Of a DNA stretch of 64,000 bases, positions 11,207 to 22,806 are shown in pieces. Under the pieces are notes generated by a model. It saw only the letters and a list, made by a program, of their open reading frames with translations. It ran no database searches and had not been told where the DNA came from. Position 1 is the stretch's first letter; the number at the start of each line of letters is the position of its first letter. Source of the DNA: Auanema rhodensis (lineage: Eukaryota; Animalia; Nematoda). Both the position numbers and the translations under genes were made by a program. The stretch is taken from the NCBI GenBank assembly GCA_964057225.1, contig OZ059895.1, positions 13,702,001 through 13,766,000 of the forward strand, in the 5' to 3' direction.

Positions 11207-14200
11207 AAATAATGTTGTTTGTAAAATTACAACTTGTTTCCCTCAAAGTGCTAGTTTTCCACAGTTTATATTAGCCTAGTCGGCTATGATTTGAATTGTA
11301 TAATTGTGCCTGTGAGTTTTTTCATGTTTTTTGTTCAAAATCTGCTTGATAAGATTTTTTTGGGTTAGATCAAATAAATATATTGAAATAATTTTTTAAT
11401 CTATATGGAAAAGAAGAAATGAAAGGCATACTTATGCAATTACTTAATATGATACACTAACGAAAGTAATTCGATTTCGCTTCCACTTGCAAATTAGTTA
11501 ACGTTGAAGAATTTTACATTTTGAACATACTAGCTGGAAAAAACCTAGTTACATATCTAGATAGGACACTTCAAAAGCATAGTTGTGAACAAGTGCTACT
11601 TGTCACGTTGAGAATTATTATAGAAAGAAGCAAATAGTCCAACTTTGCGTAACTGATTTCATTTTATGAAAAGTAATTTTGTTTCTTTACTAGTTTAAAA
11701 CTATGTCTTTTTAAAAATATAATTTCCTATTTTACATTAATAAAATTTTAAATCCTGTCTTCTCTAATTAATATAGCTTACAATGTATGTTTCAAGTTAT
11801 ATATTATTTAATTATAATTGTATAATATTTATATGTATACATAGTTCGATTATACATAAAAGGAGAATTGAGTAGCTAGCTAAAATTCAAAACTGAGAAG
11901 AATACGATTCATTTTGATCATGAACTCTATTGAGTATGTTGCTTTTTCCATCACACTCATATGCAAAATATAAGATTAACATTTCAAATTCATACTGAAA
12001 CACTCTTCTCTTTATTATGCACTCATGTTTTGATCTTTGTAAAACTAGCTGCATATTTTAAAAAATGTTCTATTTATTATCTTGAAATTTATACTTTTTT
12101 CACAAGTAATAGATGCTACATATGTGTGCTCCACTGCTAATTCGATCTTCTTCAAGATGAGCTTTTGTGTGCTCCATGAAATAATCCCGGAAAAAGTGTA
12201 TAATAAATTTCCGGTTCTGCTGAGAACTTTAAAACATCAGAATTATATGATTTACAAGGTAAATTTTTTTTGAACTTGACTGTTTAACTTGTCTTTAATT
12301 CTTATTTTCTCCTCAAAATCTCTTTACTTATTTAACGGTCTTAATTTAAATTTTATTTTTTATGTTGAAATTTTATATCTTATTTTTCCTAATTCGAGTC
12401 TTTTTCGTCCAGTAAGCGAAGCAACACGATTATCCTTTCATTTGCTGGCGTTCCCAACTAGTTATGTCCAGTATTGTCTGTTCTTATAGAGGGATCTTCT
12501 TGTTATGTATACGCTTGCAGTCTGGTAGATTCACTTTTTTTGACCTACTTGTTAGTTTTATCATTAGAGATCATATTCCCTGATTTCAACTGTTGATATC
12601 GTTATCAAGCTTATTTATATGTTTTACTTATTTTAGCCTTATATTATACAGTTCAATAGAACTTGTACTAAACCTAATAAATAGAGCAAGCAAAGTATTC
12701 ACCAAGTTAGGTTTTCTACATTTCTAGTTGATCAATATAAATTCTGTCGAATTGTTTAAAATAAACTTTTGTCCTGCTATACTTCATTCACAATTCTCTT
12801 GAGCATTAGAAACTTATTTCAATAGGAATAATTTGTGAACTTATTATTTTGCTTTTCTTTCGAAAAAATGTAGACGGGTTAAAAAACACGATTTCTTACA
12901 TATTATAGATTAACTCTATCCTTGTCGTAATTGAAAGCCGCGATTACAGTATATATCTGTTATTTTTCGTAGTCTACTTATCTTTCAAGAGCTTTGCTAA
13001 CATCAAATAGTATGGCACTACGACTCTTTCGAACCTTCCATAGAAGTAATTTTTTGAATTCCGCAGCAATCTCAGCATTTGTAATACTTACGAATGTTAC
13101 ACGTCGTATTTTTTCTAACTGATATTTCCTTTGTCATTATTTTTATGAATAGCTGCTTTTTATGAGTTCGTTATCAAATGGTATTATGAATAAGCATTGC
13201 AAATTGTTAGAGACGAGTGTTGTCATTGCATTAGAGCATACTATTCCTATTTCTCATCCTATCTATGTACACAGCTTGTTCTAATCTCTGCTGTTCAAAT
13301 GTGATCTTAAATGTATGTAAGTGCTAGTGTGCCACGTTTATATCACCACCTTTAAATTAGTTTCATATTTATTTGCTCTGTCAAGTAATCGTAATGAATA
13401 TATTAGTTATTTTTTTGAGTGATAGCTTTTTTTGTTTCATATCTGGTAAGCGTTTGTTTATATGCTTTCTGTTATCCTCCAACAGTTGTGGTACAATTTA
13501 TGCAATCTAAAAGTGGCAATATGACTTCTTTACATTTACTACAAAAATTGATTTGGTACTTTTTGTTTCTAGCATTATTTCTCAATGTATATTATTTAAT
13601 GTTTGCTGTCATTGATAATCAGTTGCTAAATCGAGTAATAGTTACAGAGTTTATATTAGGGCTTTGTATGTCATAGAATAACTTGAATAATGTTCTTAAT
13701 GCATCAACTTTATTGATTTTGGATTACATCAGACCATATATTTTCTGTAAAATCTGGTAATCCATTTCACCTCACGAAATAGTGAAACAATTGATCTAAC
13801 ATCATTTTTTTATTTTAATTGTTTGAGTGAATATTTTTATCATTATCTGATAAGCGACAAGGTTTCTGATTAAAAAGTGATGCATTGCAATGATTTTTGA
13901 AGTATTATAAGTATAAATTATATTTATATTCGGAGATATTGGCAAAATCTTTTTTTTAATATTATTCTACTTATATTCTTACGATGGTTGTCGTGGTATC
14001 CTCATATGTTACGACAGCTGCTCGTCAATTCTTTACGATCAGGCAGTTTCATGTAAAACATCTCTATGAGCTATATAGCTTTATAGGTACTTTTTCTTTT
14101 AAAAGACTTTTACCTTTTATTCTAATTTTTATCTTATGCACTTACATATAATTAATATTTTTTTGATTTTATTCTCGTATTTTTGTTAGTTTGTATGCAT

Positions 14201-14246
14201 TTTCTATATTGCAAAGTTGTATTTATTTTTTGAAGATGTGTTACTA

Positions 14247-15798
14247 ATGGCAGCGTGGTTACGAGTATCCCCTATTATATATGTAGCCCTAGGAGTACTC
14301 ATAGGGCTATCTTTATCAATTATATCTTCTCCGTCTACGGTTAGAAAACATTTCAGATTATTTTAAATTCGAGTATTTAGACCTCATTTGATGTTGGGTC
14401 ACTAGCTATTCGCCAAAATCGTCACGGTCATGTTCATGATCCGCATAACGGTGAAACAGTAGACGATAGTGATGCTCCTAGGGAAGCCATCGAGTTTCAT
14501 GGAAATGGATCCGACCATGATCATGACGGTAAGCTTGATGATTATTTATTGTGATATAATAGATTTGTTTTGAAGGAGAACGTGTGGTAGCCGACATTGT
14601 TTCCGAAAAAGTACGCGTGTTTTGTTGGATTTTGACCGGAAAACAAAATCATGAGAAACGAGCTATTCATGTTAAAGCAACGTGGGCCAAAAGATGCAAT
14701 AAGTAAGTTCCTATAATGGTTAAACTTATTCTAATTTAATTTCAATTTTGAGGTATGTGTTCATGTCTTCGGAGTATGATGTTGATCTTCCTGCTGTAAA
14801 TTTAAATATATCAGAGGGTCGAGACTATTTGTGGGCGAAAACTAAAAAAGCATTTCAATATGCATACGAAAATTATATAGTAGGAGTAAATTCATAATCA
14901 AACCAACTAATAGTTTTTTAGGATCAATATGACTGGTTTTTAAAAGCTGATGACGATACCTATGTGGTTTTAGAGAATCTCAGGTTTATTTTATTTTCAA
15001 AGATTGGTGTAATAGTTTTATGTTGCAGATATATGTTATTAGCTCATTCAGCCGATGAGCCTATATATTTCGGGATGAAATTCAAGCCTTTCACTAAACA
15101 GGGCTATATGAGCGGAGGAGCAGGCTATGTTTTAAGTCGAGAAGCTCTGAAAAAGTATGTTTATTTAGTTCCAAAAATAAGCAATCATGTAAAATTAAAC
15201 TTTTCTATAGGTTCATTACTGAAGGTGTCACCGATGCGACTAAATGCTCACCGAATCATGGTGGCGCTGAAGATGCTGAGATAGGAAAATGCTTAGAAAA
15301 AATTGGAGTTAAAGCTGGAGATTCTCGAGATAGCTCTGGACACCATAGGTATTTTAATATTCCAAAGGTGGTAAAATATCTACCTTATTTTAGATTTATG
15401 CCTTTTGTGCCGGAACATCATCTTGTTCCTGGACATGTAGACAAAAGTTTTTGGTTTTGGCAATATACATATTACCCGATGGAACAAGGTCCTGGCTGTT
15501 GTTCAGGTTTGTATACAACGTAATAATGTTAAAAACATTTCCGATTAAATTGTAGATTATGCCATTTCTTTCCATTACGTCAATGCTAATCTGATGTATG
15601 CTTTGGAGTATCTAATTTATCATCTGAAGCCATTTGGGGTGGATCGTACATTGAGGGTTGGTAGGAATGAGAGTATCGTACACGCAGCTTATATGTCTGC
15701 GAGGTCTACTATGGGAGAGGTAACTGTATAAGTATACTATAACTAATTATATACATATTAAGGACGATGCTTTCAAGGATCAGATGCATTCAATTTAG
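14247..15798 (+). CDS. C1GALT1: Core 1 beta-1,3-galactosyltransferase (T-synthase, GT31)
   Basis: [21 protein letters not shown] (signal anchor)...[15 protein letters not shown]...TWAKRCNK...[18 protein letters not shown]...[15 protein letters not shown]...[11 protein letters not shown]...[12 protein letters not shown]. Matches the recalled C. elegans C38H2.2. Confidence 0.95.
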
Positions 15799-16515
15799 TA
15801 GCTTTAACATACTAGAATATAGCTTAGGGTTTATTCCGATATTTTATTCATTCAGTGTCGTATAGCGGTTAATACGATCAAACATTATTGATTTTCTTCT
15901 CGATATAATACAACACCGTTTGTCTTAAAATGTCTTTATTCCTTTTATTGCTCGCAGGTTACTGATATCATGTATTATTTTTTCTCAATTTAAAGAAAAG
16001 CATGATATTTTAGCAATTTTAGCCATCTTATTTTTTCGAATTAGTTCAGTATGGAATGGTTAAAATATTCTTTGCTTCAAATGCAAAATTTGCCTTCGTA
16101 TTTTAATAGAATACTTCATTTCTCCTGTGATATTTGCGAGTGTAATTACATTTTTGGGGTCCTTTTTTGCCAAACAGTATTTTTGTTAAACAAGCGCTCG
16201 TATGTTTTTGTGAAAAATAATGAAAGAATTGACTAGTCAGTACATAATTAACATTTCTCCTTTATTATTGTATATTTATGTATTGGTTTTCGATAATACC
16301 AAATTCTGGGCTAAGTGCGACATTAATTTATGACATATATTTTGTATTCCCCCTTTATTATTTATATTACATTTTTATCAGATGGCTTTAAGCAGATACC
16401 GATTCCTATTGTTTTATACTTTTTTATTTCTAAAATATATTAAGGGAATAAACGTTAAATTATACATTTTGTTATATGTTTGTGTCACGTTTTTCTTTAA
16501 TGCATGATTTGTTAG

Positions 16516-18331
16516 ATGCCAGTCGTTGGTTTGGATATTGGCACGTCAACGATTAAAATATGTCTTTTGGACCGAAATAGGTTAGGCTTATTAAATATCC
16601 ATAAGTTTTACATAAATACGGTGCAGCAAATTAATTTTTTCTGAAAAAAGGAAACATGTAGAAGGAACACACAATTCGGCTGTTCCAGGTCGCCAAAATG
16701 GAGTAAAAATTTTAACAAATGTCCTTTCAATGTTAAAGGTATTGGATTTCTATGTTATTGCATGACAAGTTTTAAAATTGACTCCTGCAGGAAGTTGAAT
16801 CGAAATTCGGTCAATTTACTGATATATGTATCAGCGGTCAAATGCATGGTATCGTTCTATGGCATGACAATCTAATCTGGAATAATGATCTATGTGAGCT
16901 TTAAAACACGTTTAATCTTGATAAAATCTCAATTCAGCTTGTGTCTCTGATTTATATAATTGGATGTATCATAATTCGGAAGGAGTTATTAATGAAATTC
17001 ATAAGTAAATACGGTAAACTTTAGAATGAGTAAGTAAATGTGGTTATAGCTGGCCATCAGTCACTCAAACGGTTCATAATGGCTTTGGAAGTGTTACACT
17101 TGTGGAGCTTATGAAAAAAGCAGAAACACAAGGTTTTAATCGATGTGGTACTATTATGGACCTTTTGGCCTGCTATCTTACGAAATGCCACGAGGTGAAA
17201 ATGAGTGAGCAGCTAGCAGGAAGTTGGGGCTTAACTGAAAATGATAATGCAAATCTAGTTTGGAATTCGTTTTTTAAATCATGGACTGAAGTATTGTTGA
17301 AATAGAATTTTAGGGCTTCTATTCAAATAATTTAAGAAATATGGAATGATTTTACCCGATATTGTTAAAACGCCAGCAGTAATTGGGAAAGTAAAAATAT
17401 CTGATGTTTTCATGGACACTAATGTTTATGTTCCTATTGGAGATTTACAAGCATCTGTTTACAGTATAGCTACTGATTGTAAACAAACATTCCAGTCTAA
17501 TGTAGCATGTATTATCTTAATTAAACGCTGAAATTGTATAATAATGTTATTTTAGTTTTGATAATAGGCACATCTGCACAATTGTGCACAGTTCAAACAG
17601 ATCAGGTCTGTGCTTCCTTAAATTTGGACGATTGTAAAACAGTTCAAAGTTTACATTTTGATCAAAATTATAAATTATTAGCTGCATGCTCGATGAATGG
17701 AGGAAATGTGCTTGAAAGCACAGTGAGGGTAAAAAAATTTACAGATCTGCTCAATCAATAATATTATGTTTTTTATTCAAGTTGTTCACGAAGTGGGCTC
17801 AATATTTGCAAAAAACAACGAACCAAAATGAAACCAAAGAAATCAAGATGAATGAAATCATGCAGCATGTAGATGGTACGTACATTGATAATTGTTTACT
17901 TTATCATTTGAAGTTTAATTTCATAGTATATTCTGAAATCCACGAGCCCCAAACGGAAGTGAAAAATATTTGTTTCATCCCTGAAAGAAATTTGGAACAA
18001 GAGACTTGCGGTCTAGATATCTCGAATGTTCAGTTTAACACTGACCTTGTTGACGTTTGTTTTTCTTAGATAAGCATAATATATGTGCTAGTTATAGGTT
18101 TTGGCATCTGTTAGTGAGCAAATAGTCCGGAATATGTTTAGAATGTTTCCTAATGATCTTTTCAAGAAACTTTGTATTGAACGAGTTGTTTTAATTGGCG
18201 AGGCAAATCGCACAAAATATATTAGAGAAATCAAAAGAAATGTTGGTAAATTTAACGGATTCGTGCAACATACTGAATCCCAAATGGATGCTTCTTTGGG
18301 AGCAATTTTGATGAGTCATATTAATTTTTGA
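16516..18331 (+). CDS. SHPK: FGGY-family carbohydrate kinase, sedoheptulokinase-like
   Basis: MPVVGLDIGTSTIK (phosphate-1 motif), ISGQMHGIVLW, NGFGSVT, CGTIMD, AGSWG, IGDLQAS, IGTSAQL, CSMNGGNVL, PER, DASLGA. Confidence 0.85.
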
Positions 18332-19094
18332 TGTAAAATGTTTCTTATAAAGTTTTTCTTCTTAGAAAAGTTCTAGATATCTGCAAATAAGTTTGTTATA
18401 AATGCTATTAAAACATTGATGACAGTGTTAACATATAAAACAATATAGTTGAATTATAATACTTTTCATATAAATCCTTTTTGGTTTTAAAATCAATATA
18501 CTAATTAATGAACTTTTATAATTATTATATCATAATCATGAGCACATGACTCACTTATTTTAAAAATCAATTTAAGCTTAAATTACTCAACGCCTTTCTC
18601 TCGTTCTCGTACACCATATCTCCTCAATTTCTCTTATCACGTTGTGGAAACCTATCAAACTTGTATGTTTGTTAGGACATGCTTACTTCATTTATAGTTT
18701 TATTTAATAATATTCAAAACTTCTATCTAATACTTTTTTGGATTTTAACAATACTTTTTATGTTTTTTAGGGTTTTATTTATCCATTTCTTGAAGTACAA
18801 TTTATACCATGCCTTCCTTTGTTTTCTTTTGGTTTCTGTTGTAATTTTCTTACATGTTTCTCTGAATTATTAGCCCCCTCACTTTTAGATCTTTATCTAA
18901 TCTTTAAAATTTTTGATTTTCGAATAAAAAACTCAAATCGGTTTTAATTGTTTTTTGAATACTTAAATCATTTGGGCTACTTATTTCAGAAACCGTTATG
19001 CTCAATACTTTCTCACAAAAATCAATATTATCGCAAAATTGTCTAGATTGCTACATTCTAAGATCACACAAGTTGGAATATTTCAGAGATTCTT

Positions 19095-19804
19095 ATGGTT
19101 TCCTATTCTGATGCCGCTAGTACTAAAATTAATAGTTCAGAAAATATTATCTCTTTACCTACGACATCGTTAATTTCTGTAAGTTAAATTAGTCGCCATT
19201 AGTAATTATATTATTTAGTCAGTGAACTCTTCAACTCCTCAAAATGTTTCATCCAAGCAGTATAATGTCCGCTCTTCTCGGCAGCAATCGCAAAGCTCAA
19301 TAGTTTTTGTTGATTTAAATGATCCTACCTTACACTGCTCATTGTCCTTACATGTAATTTATTATGTTCATTTATTTTTAATATAATTATTCTCTTAATC
19401 AAAAGCAATTTTAAGACTGAACCATCATCATCAGATTGCATTCAGCTGCCCTCACCCCCTCAAAAAAGCTTAGCAAAGCGAGGAATTCGAGCAATGCGAT
19501 GGTGGTTGAATCAGACTTCAGAAGTCGTCACTCATCCAAAACGATTTCGGCGTCAACATGTTCGCTATAAATGTAGACAACATGCATTTCTGAAAGAAGA
19601 TAGGAGATCTGATAAACTATGTGATTCTGAAGAATATTTCCGCAAATTTTCGCAATCCACGATACAATTACCCCTGCCACCACTGAAAAAAAAACCGAAT
19701 GTAATTATTCATCGTTTTAAGACACTTTTAGAGAATATCGTTTGCTTTAGATGAATTTATTTATAAGTTTTTTACAAAATACGGGCCGCTTTTATAATTT
19801 ATGA
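19095..19804 (+). CDS. Unassigned Ser/Pro-rich protein with a basic region (about 185 aa, 4 exons)
   Basis: TTTCAG acceptor at 19081-19086, ATG at 19095. Three GT-AG introns (19179-19218, 19354-19415, 19701-19750) join a stop-free frame MVSYSDAAS...LPSPPQKSLAKRGIRAMRWWLNQT...HPKRFRRQHVRYKCR...LPLPPLKKKPN|MNLFISFLQNTGRFYNL*. No family recognised. Confidence 0.6.
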
Positions 19805-21859
19805 TATTAACTCATAATTCTTCAATCTCTTTATTCTATTCAAAAGATGTCGAAATAGTTAAATGTAATTAAATATATTTCTTTACGTGTTTTTTTAACT
19901 GCTCTAAAAAAATTCAAGTAATGTTGAGGTTATGGAGGGTAAGTTGACATAAGAAGGATTGATTGATATATGCATTATGGGTGATGCATGTGACTTCAAC
20001 TATCTAGAATTACGACTTAACATTTTTGAATTTTTTCATAGAAAATATTCGTCTCGAGACTAAAAATAAGGGTTCGTTTTACTCTCTTAAAAAAATACCT
20101 TTCCTCTAATGATCTTTCCCAAGACATCAGTGATTTCTATAAGTATTTCGAATTCCGATTTGCATTCTTTCTGGCCCTCCTCGCAGAAAAAGGTAGCCTC
20201 AGTTGATGTCGTCCAAGGGGGTTTTCAGAACCTGAAAATCCACAATTATGAAATCGAAACTTGAACAGCAAACACATTTTTGAGGAACAGTTTCTTATGA
20301 AAAATTACATTATAATATTATTGGTGACACATTGACAATAAGCGTATGCTTACACTGAGTCCAACGTTTAGAAAGTTATAACACTTATAAAATTATATTG
20401 AACTTATCACCATTATTGTTATTCTGTGTAGTATATATCAAACAATGAATTACCAAATTCAGACTGAATAAAGCTTATATTCAAACGAACTCATCTATAA
20501 CTAAGCATACAAACATACACTTAAAGTTCAAAGAAAATTCCTTCGAAAAACAGTGAAAGGCTGTTGTGATTGAGCAAAGTAAGTTTGGCATCGACGATTA
20601 TGCGGTTTTGAGGGTTCAAAACAAAAATTAAACAAAGACTTTTTATCGCATTTGTTCCCAATCTTTTATCTTTTTTCTCGAAACTAGGTGTGATAGTATA
20701 TTACGTATATATTGTGTCTACTAATTGAGAAGATAATTCAGGTATATTATTAATGTATGTAGTTGCAATATTGTTTCTAAATAAACGATTTTTCAAAGAG
20801 TTTTGCTGATGGACAGCATGATGATGTAGAAAGAATAGCGGTTATGGATAATGACTTCAAATAACATACCACATCCATACTGTCCACTAAAGAATAACGT
20901 CTTACTTTATTGAGTTTTTTTAAAATTTGGAAATTTATGAATTTTATTGTGCTTTTGCAGCTTGTTGCTTTATTGTTCGCTTCATTTTGTTCGTTTTCTT
21001 TTTGTAGTTCTTTGGCTTCTTTATTCATCTTATAGAATATATTCTTTATTCCAGCTCTCACACTCCCCCCAATTTATTTATCTCTCTCTCTTTCACTCCT
21101 TCGTCCATCTCGTTAAAAATTTCGAATTCTGAAATAAAAATAGATGTATACAGTTCAATGAACAAAACATAAATATTTTTTTTTGAGAAGAATTTCATGT
21201 TGCACTGATCTTTTTAGTTAATTTTTGGTTTGATGACAAAAAAAAACTTCCTTTCAACTGAAAATATCAATTATCTAAAAGTGCGTAGTAAGAACTTTCT
21301 TATTGATGCACATAATAGAGATATGAACTAAAGAAATTCAAATGCAAAAGTGACAGCAGTCATATGAAACATATTTATAAAGATTATAAAACGTTTTTAT
21401 TCCTAATGCCGGGTTAGAATTGTGTTTAAAGCGTGTGAAAGTACCAATATTTACTTCTGCCATCAATTAATAAAGTATACATAATTAAATATAATGTAAA
21501 ATATATTGTATTTGATTGAAAATAACTTAGAAAAAGTTAGAAAATAATATATTCTAACACTAAAAGTTTTTGCAAGCTAATTAAACGTTTAATGAATATC
21601 GAGCATTTTCTTATTTCATTCATTCTAGTAAATAGAGTGCTTAAGTGACGAGAATGTGACGATCGATATATACATTACATGACCAACGACATTTGGGCAA
21701 ATACTTATTGGTTTCAACTATTTTTTTGTTTATATGGACATAAGTAATTGAGCCTATATTTGATAAAACAATATCTCTAAAAAGGTTATTATTCAGAGAA
21801 TTTAAATACCAAAAAAAGAGACTCGTTTTTGTTCAAACCCATAGTCTATTTCGCCAGTA

Positions 21860-22200
21860 AAGCTACGATAAGATACTACTAACATTCGTCCACTTGGTAA
21901 CAGACGACTACCCATTTCTCCCTTTATTTCGCGTTTCTCTGTCCTCTCCTTGTTCTTTCTTTCTCTAATTCTCTCCCCCCATGGCACATTCCGTTTTTGC
22001 ATAAATCGCCAGCCTCACACCACCCTACAGCCCTTATTTCTGCCTGCTTCTTGCCTCCGCCCTCTTTCTTTTTCTCATTTCTCTAACTGCTGCTTGCTCC
22101 TCCTTATGCTTCCATTGGTCGTTCACAGCTCTTTTCGCGATTTCATATTCCCTTTTCCTTACAAACGAAGCTTTCATGTATGACTGCACACTTACGGGAC
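21860..22200 (+). promoter_or_regulatory. Pyrimidine (C/T)-rich, GC-elevated putative promoter/outron region of the TMEM132 gene
   Basis: Strong C/T strand skew and higher GC than the flanks, about 600 bp upstream of the first TMEM132 acceptor (ttgcag, ~22768). Confidence 0.4.
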
Positions 22201-22806
22201 ATTCAAACTAAGTTTTCGTATTCTATAGAAGCTTACAGATAGTAAAGATATTAGGATTTCACCTGTTATTGGGAAGAAAAAACAACGTTGGGAATGTTGG
22301 ATAGTTTTATATTATTCTTGTTAAACTTTGTGAAAATGTATGTTCTTTCATAAAGAGCATTTTTTGAAATTTTACTTTATGTTTAAATAGTTCTCGTTTT
22401 TAAATTTGTTTATAAGGATAAAAAAATAAAGTTAATGCTTGTGAAAATGTCTTTTCTTGCTTTTTTAGAACATTACTTTGTAAACAAGCAATCGGATAGA
22501 TTACAAAATTAAAAAAGCTCTTTTTATTGTTAACTTGATACTTCCTTAATCTCATATGCATGTATTTACATTGTAATTAGAACAACAGAAATGACATTGT
22601 ACTCATTTTAATCATTTTTTGGTTTTCATAATTTATTTAATCTTATATCATAATTTTAAGACATTTTAACAATTTATTTTTTAACTAATATTATTTATTT
22701 ATTTATTATATCTTTTTATATCTATGCTTATTTATTCAATTTGTTGATAATTTCTATTTTTATTGCAGTTTCAAAATCCTTATAGCGGATCAATGCGGCC
22801 GAATTG

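Noticed and set aside
11300-14200. Hydrophobic short ORFs in the long intergenic region
   Set aside because: F/L/I-rich translations typical of T-rich non-coding DNA, with no consistent exon chain found.
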